Shown piece by piece: positions 53,860-64,000 of a DNA stretch of 64,000 nucleotides. Within the stretch, counting starts at the first letter, position 1; every line of letters begins with the position of its first letter. The notes beneath the pieces were generated by a model that was not told the DNA's origin, ran no database searches, and was given only the letters and a program-made list of their open reading frames with translations. The stretch lies in the NCBI GenBank assembly GCA_040285825.1, contig JAUPSS010000006.1:744001-808000 (forward strand), in the 5' to 3' direction. The DNA is from Eukaryota sp. TZLM1-RC (Eukaryota > Protista > Metamonada: BaSk clade). Made by a program: the position numbers and the translations under genes.

Positions 53860-54318
53860 AATAAAGAAGTTGTGACGGGATATCTTAAATGCAGCTGACG
53901 TCACAGACATTTCAACAGAATTGATTTCACTGAATTTCTAAAATGTTTGCAGAATGGAAATCTTCTGGGAGTGTCCGGTACAGGCAGGTCTATTAACATC
54001 ATGGACAGTTGTGGAATTCTCCACCATAGATGTAAAAATGAAGATTTATAGTTGTCTGGTGTCGACAGTTCAATTGAGCCGGCTTATAGTCCCGAAATAA
54101 ACCCCAAACAGGCGTTTTTTGGGCCGTTAGGAAATAAAGTGCGAAATAAATGCTGCAATAACTATCAGGAAAAATCTTCATCGTTAATTAAAAAAGTTTT
54201 AGAATCTGGAATGCGTATAGATTGTAGTAAATTGTTTGATTATGCTGGTTGGAAACATAATGAAGTTTACAAATCTCAATATTTCACTAAACCTCATCTG
54301 AGGCAGTATATAGGATGA
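53860..54318 (+). pseudogene. Tc1/IS630-superfamily DD34E transposase remnant
   Basis: FNRIDFTEFL..IMDSCGILHH..PAYSPEINPKQAFFG.L..KVR. There are 34 residues between D (54004) and the E position (CAG at 54109). Confidence 0.7.
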
Positions 54319-55119
54319 ATAAAATTTATCAGCAATATATAGGTAATAGACTATAGGTAGGTGTTTATGTCATCAATAAAATCACAAATCTGCAAATGCT
54401 ATGTGAAAACATGCTCAACTAAACAACTTCTCCCAAAAATCATTCTGAAATGCATGTTTCGGAATCAGATGACTTGTGGGCAGTATCTTCAGCTTGATCA
54501 ACCTTTTCAAATGCACATCTTCTGAAGACCGGTAGTCCTGCTTGATTACTAGAGACAGTTCTAATTAAATCGTTGATGACTGTCAAAAAAGCATGTGCCA
54601 CTGTTGATATTGGAAGACAAATACTCCACTCCAGTGATTCACATCTTCGATCCTTGCTGATACATCTGTGATGAATGAAGACATTCTCAGAATGTTTCCA
54701 AAGTTTTCTCTATAGGTAAAGAACTCACTTTCTGCGTCCTCGTTGGAATTTACCTTGCATTAATTGAATTGGAGTTTATGGAGGGCTAATTTGGCGTCAT
54801 GGAGCGAGTTGAATTGGCTCCTCCTACAGAGAAGCAGTAGAATTTCTGCGTCTGTAAGATTCGTGCTGATATTCTCTCGTTGTTTCCAAAATGAAATGAT
54901 TCTTCCACTGTTGCAACTCGAAATACCTCAGGGGTTGGTTTTTGGGAGCTTTTTTTAGTTGCTCGCTGACCTGTTGTCTTGAAACACAATATTTTTAGGA
55001 GCTGTGCTCAGTTTCTAAATTTCCCCTGGCCCAAGAAGTACGCCGACTGTGTGCTTGAAAGGAAATAGCGAGATGAGTCAATTTTGTAATGGCATCAACA
55101 AATACACCAGCATATCTTG

Positions 55120-55425
55120 GTACAAGTTACCAATGAAGTGTTTGATACACTGACCGGCAACGGATTTGCTGTACCCTACGAGGATCCCTGGAGCTCCCAT
55201 ATCTGTCTAGTCCAACGTTCTGATAAGCCTCCAAGATTAACTGGTGACTACTCCGGTGCCGACCAAGTCGATGATCTTTCCGTCTCCGTCCCCGCTGGGC
55301 CAGCCTCCCAAAAATCACTGACGTGTGCCAAATCCTCTCTGATTCCCATTATATTGCTACTCTCGATCTCCCCAAAGCCTTTTGGCAGCTGAACCTCCAT
55401 TCTGACGACCAAAAGAAGTCCGCTG
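55120..55425 (+). pseudogene. Gypsy RT fragment
   Basis: PWSSHICLVQRSDKPPRLTGDYS..LPKITDVCQIL..YIATLDLPKAFWQLNLH. Confidence 0.85.
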
Positions 55426-55865
55426 TAGCATCCATAAATAATTTTGTTAAAAGCTGCATCAAAAAAGTTCCTGAAAAACACTGTTATCAGACATCATTTT
55501 TGGCTCAGGGAATATTAAATCTTCTTGGAAATTTTTTAAAGTTATCCAAAGCAGTATCAGAAATCAGTCGAAAATTTGGTTCTTCTCGTTATAGTATTGA
55601 TAAAACGTTTCTCAAACTTTCTGCTGTTATGACAATTGCTGTAGGTAATCGATCTCCGCAAATTGCAGATGAACTTTTTGATGAATTTCATCGTCCGTTT
55701 TTGGAGACTCTGGTATGCTTATCCCGTACAAAACAGCGCTCCAGTCTCACTGTGAGTAGTGTTTCATCCAATGTTGACGAGGGAAAACCTTCTTGGTTTA
55801 TGATCCACGCTGTGGCGGAAAAATTTGTCAAGGCAGAGGTGAACGATTATCGCTCAAAATGGTTC

Positions 55866-56074
55866 AAGAAAAAAAATGAAAAGATTTGATATTTTTCATG
55901 GCGTTCACGGATTCGATTCGCCATTATTAATAGATTACCTAGGCTTTTCAGTCGAATAAGAGAAGCTTTAGCTAGACAACAAGCAGGTCAAGATTTTGTA
56001 GAGGAAATCTTGGTTCAATGATAGTCGTCCCATTAGCTATGAGTTAATTTAACTTAGTGTGCAAATTCAATAAA
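55866..56074 (+). mobile_element. 3'-terminal fragment of the family A CRE-like element
   Basis: Matches 51890-52099, including the 3' UTR tgtgcaaattcaataaa. Confidence 0.85.
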
Positions 56075-56149
56075 TATTTTTGAATTTTCTCAATTATTTT
56101 CTTTTGCCGTATATATCGACCACCTTCTAGCCTGATTTTCTATTCTGAG

Positions 56150-56840
56150 GATAATTCTTCATCAAGAGGTGTCAAACAGGGAGATCCATTATTGGTAATC
56201 AGAATGTTGAGGTAGTATTTAATGAAACTTTCATCAAATATGTTGATTATGAAGTCTATGCGATTCGTTTTTCTTGGCTCCTAATTTGGAAATAGTAAAT
56301 ATATCAAATCGATTTTGACAGGTACTTTGGGGAAAATTGAAGAGCAACTTTTAGCTATTCAAGAACTAAAAATTGATATGCATTTAGCGTTTTCGGTCGT
56401 GAATGTGTGTTTTGGATCGTAAATTAACCACCTCTATTGTTCTTTATCTTTCTACAATTTGACGTGATTTTGTTCTCAATTAAATGCTCTGAGAACCAAT
56501 TTTTTAGAAGATTTAGTGGTAGTTTGTACGTCCAAAATTCTTTATTATGCATTTTTTAGTCCAAAATTTGGTGGAGTTGGTTTTTCCAAAGCAGAATATT
56601 TATGCAAAAGTGCTTTTATTGGTGGTATGAAAAATTATCTTTTTGAGTGGAAACTCAGATTCAGACTCTGAATATATCACATCCTTCAGTAATTTTTACT
56701 CGAGAACATGGTGCAGGAACTACCTATTGATGTGTGAAATAAGTGTTTTTCTTCAAGTTTGCCTTCTGTACTTTTGAACTCTTCGTCTTATCTTCATTTT
56801 GCTGTTGTGAAATTACGTTTATGAAGCTTTTGCAGAGTCT
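56150..56840 (+). pseudogene. Decayed RT/thumb fragment of another RLE-LINE
   Basis: SSRGVKQGDP at ~56158; FSPKFGGVGFSKAEYLCKSAFIGGMKN. Confidence 0.7.
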
Positions 56841-56929
56841 TTATCAAAACCTCGCCCCTCCCTCTTCTCTTGTAAACAGGTAATCGTAATTCTAACAACG
56901 CGATTTCTCCTGCGGTTTCCAGGCCTCGA

Positions 56930-57121
56930 CGCTCGAAAAGGAGAAAGGGAAGTGTTAGCCTTGGTCAGCTTCATTGTTATTTGGTTTAGAATAGTTTTTA
57001 TAGTTTAATCTAGTTTTTGTACAATTGCGCTTTAGTGCATAAGTCGAAGGAAACTTTTGTGCTTTCGTAATAAATTACATTGGTTTTTAGGTATACTATG
57101 TCTAACCCCCGCAGAACATCA
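56930..57121 (+). mobile_element. PPT and 3' LTR of Gypsy family 1 (LTR starts at 56953)
   Basis: gaaaaggagaaagggaag|TGTTAGCCTTGG..aataaa..gcagAACA. Confidence 0.7.
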
Positions 57122-57359
57122 CACCAATCACTTTGACTTGTTATACTAGGTTTGATTGTTCTCTTATTGATATTGTTCTCATAGTAAGAATATTTCCAAT
57201 ATTGCTTGAGGTATTTCACCAATCAACACCAATTAATAGACGATCTACACCATACAAGTAAGGACTTTGACTTTTTGGTTACTCCTTTATGTCTGAAACC
57301 CCAGGTATTTTAAGTGCTTGGCAGATTTATCAAAACTTGTTGCAGCAAAGAAACCACAA

Positions 57360-57990
57360 ATCATTTAATTTAATTAATTTAATTTAATTAGTTTAAATAA
57401 ATTTATTTATTTATTTTCTACGAAGAATCAAATAGAACAAACTAAAACACATAAGAAACTAAATTCTCCACGCCAACTCTTGATGAATCCTTATAAAGTT
57501 TAGACATCATTAAACTCAAGTACTTGGGAACACTTCTGTACAAAGCGAAAATGATACGATTTTTCCATAAATTCTCTGCAAAATTCTTACCACTTGAACG
57601 ACATAAATTACCAAAATCATTGATGAAATTCAAGGCGGATTGTCCAATGTTGCCAAAAATCGAAAAGGCAAAAGGAACAAACGAAAACTTCGAATAAAGG
57701 TTCTTATTTAAATCATTTAATATCTCAGTATATTTATCTCTCTTACGATCTTCAGCCTTGTTTAAATGACCATTAGCACTAAGTAAAACATCATCACGAT
57801 AAATAAAAGTAAAGGGATCAACTGTAGTGAAATCAACAACAACTTGAGAGGAATCCACAAAAGGAGCAATTAAATCACCTCGACGTGAATTAAAAAGATT
57901 ATCATCACTATAATGCTTCAACAAAGGTTCTACTTTGCAACTAAAATTGTAACACTTGAACATCTCATATGTCACATTTAAATAAATTAT
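57360..57990 (-). pseudogene. 3' end of RLE-LINE family C (endonuclease domain and AT-rich tail)
   Basis: KVEPLL..RRGDLI..VVVDFTTV..AEDRKRDKY..FVPFAFSIFG within ORF 57442-58113. Confidence 0.88.
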
Positions 57991-58466
57991 CACTTTTCTG
58001 TTCCAATCTTGTTTTACTTGTGCCTTTCCACTTGAGCCGAAAACACCCATTTTGGCTTCGTAATAAATTAAAAAAAAATACTCTAAAAATGAATGAATAA
58101 AGATCTCATTCAAATTTCAAACAATTTAAACAACTTGAAAAGTAAGAAAATCCACATTTGAAATAACCAACATGAAAACAAAAACAACATTTTGAAAATT
58201 GTTGACAGTGGCTGTCAACAGGAAGATCTACCAAAAAGATCTACCACCATGAAGCTAAAACACGATGGTGTTGCAGTATAATTCATAGATAGAGTAATCT
58301 CAGTTAATTCAAATTTGCCGTTACTGGCACATATGATTTAACAAGGGTGATAACAGGTTCATAAATATCACATCCACTAATAACACGACTCTTAGGCTCA
58401 ACTTTGTGTCAAGTTTTGACATTGGTTGAAGCGAATGATTGTGTTGAATGACACAAAACCCTAATC

Positions 58467-58492
58467 ATGGGTTCGAATCCCATCACGTCCCA
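58467..58492 (+). other. tRNA T-arm/B-box-like remnant; not a complete tRNA
   Basis: ATGGG-TTCGAAT-CCCAT followed by CACGTCCCA. Degenerate homologs at 10877-10900 (each unit) and ~44157-44181(-). Confidence 0.35.
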
Positions 58493-58594
58493 AAATTTAT
58501 GTTCACTTCACAATATTTCTGGGATTGATTCTCAGTAGTGGCTAAAAAAATGCAACATATGTGGCAAAAATTAACAAGGTAAGGTCAATAAAAA

Positions 58595-58845
58595 ATGTTA
58601 AGAAGTTGAAACAGAAAGACAAGTTTGCAAATTTTTTATTGGATGTTTGCGATGGTTGTGGTTCTTGTTTAATTAATCAAATACCAAAAATTTATAATTT
58701 GTTTCTCAATGACCCTTGCTTTATATCTTCTATGCATCTTCGATCTGTTATTTGGCCTAATAATCTTTCACATGGATTAATCTGTAAATGTGGAAAGTCT
58801 GTCACTCCAACCCATTTATTTCATTGTAATTGTTTTATTGCTGTC
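58595..58845 (+). pseudogene. RLE-LINE family-B-like fragment (zinc-finger region)
   Basis: FLLDVCDGCGSCLINQIP..ICKCGKSVTPTHLFHC. Confidence 0.75.
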
Positions 58846-59387
58846 TAGAACTATTCAGGCTTTGATACCAATTCATCAATAACTGGTTGAAAGATAGTAA
58901 AAACGAATAATAATTGATATTAATTTATTGATATCATTTCAACGTATAAAGCTATAAATCTAATGCATTAGATTGTAATAATGATATTTGGTTTAAAAAA
59001 ATTACAATGTTATGATGTTTCAGTAAAAGAATAGGAACTAAATAAAATAAAAATATCAAGTTCATCGTCAATTGAAAACACTACCCCCTCTGAATGATGT
59101 GCTCTACATTTTGCTATGCACAAAGAAAAGGACTGATTGACAAGTGGCAACATGTATTTGTTGAAAAAATGAGTTTTCTGTAGTCACCGATTTTTATTTT
59201 TATTTATTTGCATCAAGAGAAAAATGGATGTCTTTATATTTGTTAAATATACATTAGCATATCGCTTTGGTGGTAAAATGTCCCTTGTTATCAAAACTAA
59301 GAGAAATTTTTTTTTTCTAACGCTGCTGAAAACAAAAGAAAAGCTTATCGACAAGTAAACTAAATATAATGAATATACTTTTAAGAC

Positions 59388-59630
59388 TATTACACTATAA
59401 TAGTGTATAGACTAACACTACTTCTTCCCCTCCTTTCGACTGTCTCTTCTGGCTCCTCTACGAGGTTGCATGCAAGTAGGTTGACCAGCAGGGGGTCGCG
59501 ACTTTTTAGTCTAGAGGCAGGCTTGATAGGTATTGGTGCTCTTAATGCGGTCGACAGGCTCAGTGCCTCGTACATATCCTGCATATACAACTTGGCACTC
59601 GTTACTATCCTGGCTCAGAACTTCTAATAA
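59388..59630 (-). mobile_element. Gypsy pol end, PPT and start of LTR (TGTTAG at 59417, minus)
   Basis: Minus strand: gaaaggaggggaagaagtag|tgttagtc. Confidence 0.55.
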
Positions 59631-59639
59631 ACCTGACCT

Positions 59640-60911
59640 ATAAACCTGACCTGTTCTTTTGAAGATGATGAGAACCCTGAACACCTGTATGACCTTGTGG
59701 ATGCTCATAACTCTGTTGCTGATGCTGAAGCCCTGATGTTACAATACATCCCAAGATGTATCGCCCCTGAAGTTCTCGATACATTGCTGATTACTCACCA
59801 TATTTCCCCAAGAAAACCCAAGAAGATTCTCAATCATGTCCTGTCCTGTACTAAGATAGAGGATACAGCTCAAGCCTACAAGCTGTATGCTTGTGGTACC
59901 CTGAACCTGAACTGCCGAGATGCTGAAGAGGCCATTTCAAAGTATACCCGTGTCTTTGTGAAAGTTAACCGGAAGACCCCAACTCCGCAGAGCAATAGCC
60001 AAGCTCTGACCCGTAAATTCCTGAATGGAATCCGTCCTGAACCTTTAAAAAGGTTATTGAAGTCTGAAGCAGAAGACTTCCTTATCTCCTCTATCCCTGA
60101 AATCCTTAAACGATTAACTGTCCTCTTGCCTGAATATCATAGATCTTTACATTACCAGCTATTTGAAGATAGACTGGCTAACAAGTACTCTGGAAACCCT
60201 AATCGAAGAATTAATGACTAAACCGTCCTTCAATTCTTTCGATTTCGACATAGTACACATCGAAGATCCCAAAAATTTTTGGGCAGACTACCTATCTCGA
60301 ACTAACCTGGACTCCCCTAAGAAAAACCCCGGAAAGAAAGAAAGAAAGACCAGAAATAGGACTGCTCGTACTAAAAACACTATCGAAAAATGTTGTTGTT
60401 ACCTTGCTCATCTTACTTCCTTAACTCAAACTCTTACCGATTCTTGAAATACAATAGATCTGGATTCTATTGCTATTGAGCCTAGTGCTCCTCTCACCAG
60501 TAAGTTTCAACCTGGTGATCGTGTGTTTGTTATCCGAGACAAACCAGCCAGGCTTCATGGCCATTTTGTAGGACCTTATGTTGTTGAAAAACAACTTACC
60601 AACTCTTCGATCCTAGTGAAGAATCCCATCGCTGAGAACCTGCTTAAAACCTCAATCCACCTAGTAAAACCTTGTACTTCCTCCTTGCCTAAAGAAATTC
60701 TTGATTCTTCCGTCGCCGCTGATAAAGGAGAACATGTCATAGCTGCCATCCATTCTATTGACAACAACGACGCTACTATAATTTGGTCAGACGGGACCAG
60801 TACTGTACAGCCTGTAGACTCAATCAAGAATACTGCTGCCTACAAACGATTTTGCTGCTCCACGAAGATGTTACTAAGAAGAAGACCCGTGGAAAAAGAA
60901 AGTAGAGGTAG
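59640..60911 (+). pseudogene. Internally deleted Gypsy element: gag-like segment, RNase H end, integrase C-terminus/chromodomain-like
   Basis: RKFLNGIRPEPL; FDFDIVHIEDPKNFWADYLSR; LHGHFVGPY..IIWSDGTSTVQP. Confidence 0.85.
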
Positions 60912-61058
60912 TGTTGGCTCTCAGCCATTGTAGTTGGAGTGATGACGTGTCCCTACTTTAATAAGATTGTTGCAATTTTATCCTTTGATTTTCCTTGTTG
61001 CGTAGATAAACATCTGTCCTCGTTTGTTATGCTGTTCTCTCGTGCACATAACCCAACA
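60912..61058 (+). mobile_element. 3' LTR (147 bp) of Gypsy family 2
   Basis: ggaaaaagaaagtagaggtag|TGTTGG...CCCAACA, with a terminal inverted repeat. Confidence 0.8.
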
Positions 61059-61059
61059 G

Positions 61060-61420
61060 TATCTCCTTTTCTGTATAGTTTGGGTACATCTCATGTTCTT
61101 AAACTACTAAATCATATGGAAGGGGTTTCTGTAGTATCTTACTTAGATGATACATACATTCTACTAGATGAGGAAATTGACAGTCAACATTTATTGTCCA
61201 ATGAATATTCAAAATTGGGTTAAAAATAAATTTGGAAAAAGCAAAAATTATCAAGAATACTGAAGATTGGGTAGCCCAACAGGCAGTAATGAGTTTGAGA
61301 GTGGTTTTCTTGACACTAAAATATGAAATGAACTGATTCCAAGTTGAATTTGATCAAAGAACTACCACTTCAGAATCAATTATTACTGTTTAAGTTTAGT
61401 TTATTAGTATCCCGCCTATT
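61060..61420 (+). pseudogene. Non-LTR RT fragment (YLDD)
   Basis: SPFLYSLG..VVSYLDDTYIL..KLG*KINLEK. Confidence 0.65.
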
Positions 61421-61439
61421 AGTTTAAGAAGAGAGAATA

Positions 61440-62355
61440 CGATTCCTCTTCGTAATAAATCTCATTACATTTCTACTGTATGTCTAACATTAACGAGCAA
61501 AGACCATCAATACGTATTGGGTCCCCAGAGGCTCGACGCAGGATCCACGAGGAAGAGACTGGTCCCTCTTCCTCACCACTAACCACAGACCTAGCTCCCG
61601 TGCCCCTGTCTTCAGTTGAAGCTTCTGCGCTTCCTGAAGCCACTCTCCCTGAAGGTTCTACCCCAAAGGAAGAAAGTTCCCTTCCAGAGGATCCCGTTCC
61701 AATGGAAGGAAGCTCCCCTCCTCGGGATTCCGCTCCTGTGGAAGGAGACAACCCTTGTAAGGATTCTATTTCTTCAGAAGGATGAAGTCCTTCGTTAGTC
61801 GACGACGAAGATGCTGAGGATTCCGAAGCTCCTCCCTCTTCTTCTTCACTCAGGGTATCAGAAGTCCCATCTTCTCCCCACCCTCAAAGAAGCTCTGAAG
61901 TTCCACCTTCACATTCTATTCAAAGAAGAGAGACGGTTCAACCTTCTCAAAACACTACAGAAGGATCTGAAGTCCAAACTCCTCCCTCTCGACAAGACAC
62001 TGAAGTCCCAACTTCATCTCCTAGACCTGAGTCTGAGGTTCCATCCTCCCATCAACCTCCTTCAGTTCCAACTGTAAGGAGAGTCAGTCAAAATCCTGCC
62101 GTTCCAACTTCAGGATCTAAATTCAACAGTAAGTGGAGTTAATAATCTGTCTGTTTCCCCTCTCCAGGCTAGTGATTCCATTCCTAGCACTTCGAACCTT
62201 CCTTCGTATCTTTAACTTCTTTATACTTCTTCATATGGGAACAAATCGAAAGGAACAAACCAAAAGGAACTCTACGTCATATTGCTCATGTTAACTCAAA
62301 GTGGTTTTGAAAACTACTTGAAAGAAAGGAAACTGGTTATATTCACAGACCACGG
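61440..62355 (+). pseudogene. Gypsy LTR end, Pro/Ser/Glu-rich gag N-terminus and a possible RNase H fragment
   Basis: U5-like end shared with ~6098-6134. ORF 61480 reads MSNINEQRP.., and ELY..FTDH-like peptides occur near 62270-62352. Confidence 0.55.
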
Positions 62356-62374
62356 TGGTTGACCCCAAAAAATT

Positions 62375-62950
62375 GACAAAACTAAACCCTGAATCAAACC
62401 AGAACTTATCAATTCACCCAATTACTGGGAACCAAAAGAGTTGTCTCATATTATCGGACGTGATCCAAGCTATTGTTTTTGTTCTTGCAGCAAAGACCAG
62501 AACCACAATGATTTGCTATTAACAAATGAAAAGTGTCACACCATTTTGAAGGGACAATTTTTCAAGTCCACATCGAATACAAAAGAACTAATCAGTTAAC
62601 TGCTGGTAACGGTTGCTATAGAAACACCATTCTTACTTTCACAACTATCTTTTAACCGAAATTTCGTGAAGGAATTTTACATGATCTCAAGAATTTTCTT
62701 CCGTTATTCGCAAATTATACAGATCCACCATTGAAGTGTGATCTTCATCCTCTGATTCAGCTTGATCGTCATCCAACCTACTTGTTTGAAATTCTTGGTA
62801 GTTGTAACCCTCATCACTATATCAATAAGAAAAAAAAACAATTAAATTCGCGATACCAGTCCAGAAATGTTCTCATGATGATACGCCAAAATTTCGATCA
62901 CTCTTTTCAGCATCATCAACACATTTTTCTTAAATGTTCTCATCTCTAAG
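62375..62950 (+). pseudogene. Element X unknown ORF fragment (Cys/His-rich)
   Basis: RDPSYCFCSCSKDQNHNDLLL..YTDPPLK..YLFEILGSCNPHHY. Pieces recur at 5305, 5765, 6825, 7425, 32690 and 39110. Confidence 0.55.
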
Positions 62951-63329
62951 GAGATTTTGGTTCCTTGTTATCTCATTTTCACATACCTGACAAGTCACCC
63001 TCAGTGAAATCGTTCAATGGGCGGTTTGGTTAAACTGTTAGCAGCAGCTAAGCATGACTTTCCCATTTAGGAAAGTGAATCACATCATCAAACGTCGTCT
63101 CCTTCTAATAGATCCTTTTTTCTTTATGTATTGTGCACGAAAAGCAACAGTAATTACTAGAGTTAGTAAGGAATCGTCCTGTGCCCAAAATACTGCTCTA
63201 AATCATGCAGTTTTGCAGTTTCAACTCAGTCGCTCCCTATCTGAACCATACCGGTCGAGAATCTGTCTCCTGCTGAGTGGAAGCACTTAAGCTTTGCGCG
63301 CAGCATATGTAAGCTGATTTTATGTCAGA

Positions 63330-63635
63330 CATGACAATGTAAGAAAGAGTATTCATCTACATAGATGACATTATAGTAGCTTCCAACAACTAGAAGGACT
63401 TTTCATCTAGACTAGACCACATCTTCAAGCTCGTTATCGAGTCAGCATTGCTCTCCATAGGTGCTCATTCCAGAACAATGAATAACCCACCAAGGTTAGT
63501 GGCTCAATATTTGAAAACGGCCAACGCCGGATTGATCCTACCAAGACAGAATCAATAACCAAGTTAGCCCCGGCAACCTCCCAGAACTTTGATAGGTTTC
63601 CTTGTCCTCAAACTGAACGACCTTTGCTCTTCAGA
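63330..63635 (+). pseudogene. Gypsy RT catalytic fragment
   Basis: RVFIYIDDIIVAS (YIDD at 63358-63369), then RRIDPTKTESITKL. Confidence 0.8.
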
Positions 63636-64000
63636 ACCTACAAAAATCCAAAAATATGCAGACTATACAGACACATGTAATCAGATCTTTCTTAACCGTA
63701 ATCAATCTCAAACAGTTAAAAACTGAATGATTGATGATGACTCAGTCGTTTATGTATTTGTGATAAAAGACTCCAAATAAAGAGAATTACTCTCAATATT
63801 TGGTAGAGACTCTGGTTAAAAATAAACAAACAAATACCAGCGAAAAACACAAAATTAAAGTCAAAAATTCAAATGAATTCACCCAATAATACAGAACATT
63901 TAAATAAATTTACCATATATCCCCATTGAATTTAAATTAATTAATGATACTTCAGAAACATAGCATTAATCATGTCCAAATTCGGTTAAAATAACCAAGA

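Noticed and set aside
58201-58219. Perfect hairpin GTTGACAG-TGG-CTGTCAAC (and TACACTAT-A-ATAGTGTA near 59391)
   Set aside because: Single occurrences with no supporting context; compatible with chance.
1-64000. CRISPR array, rRNA, telomeric repeats or prokaryotic operons
   Set aside because: No short regularly spaced repeats, rRNA-like sequence or dense intact ORFs were seen.

Overview
This window is very AT-rich eukaryotic DNA, probably from a microbial eukaryote (inferred from 24-32-nt GT..AG intron-like units and Ty3/Gypsy and RLE-type retroelements). I found no intact cellular gene, rRNA or CRISPR array. It is a transposon graveyard of ~100-1000-bp fragments joined into mosaics that recur in both orientations. 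Main structures: (1) a head-to-tail triplication of a ~7.61-kb mosaic unit (5021-27863); (2) a diverged inverted copy of part of that unit (42650-45665); (3) a near full-length CRE-like non-LTR retrotransposon (zinc knuckle, RT, restriction-like endonuclease; 47846-52105) with an 11-bp target-site duplication, whose empty site is visible at ~780; (4) fragments of other RLE-LINE families; (5) many pieces of compact chromodomain-bearing Gypsy elements with ~150-185-bp LTRs; (6) a DD34E Tc1/IS630 transposase remnant; (7) a tyrosine-recombinase remnant beside a repeated multi-ORF unknown 'element X'. The most striking signals are missing from the ORF track. One is a CRESS-DNA-virus-like Rep remnant (28777-29090, minus) whose Walker A motif appears only after removing mini-introns. 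The other is a recurring 24-25-nt intron-like unit at the U5 end of one LTR family. Fragment boundaries are approximate and all family assignments come from motif recognition by eye.
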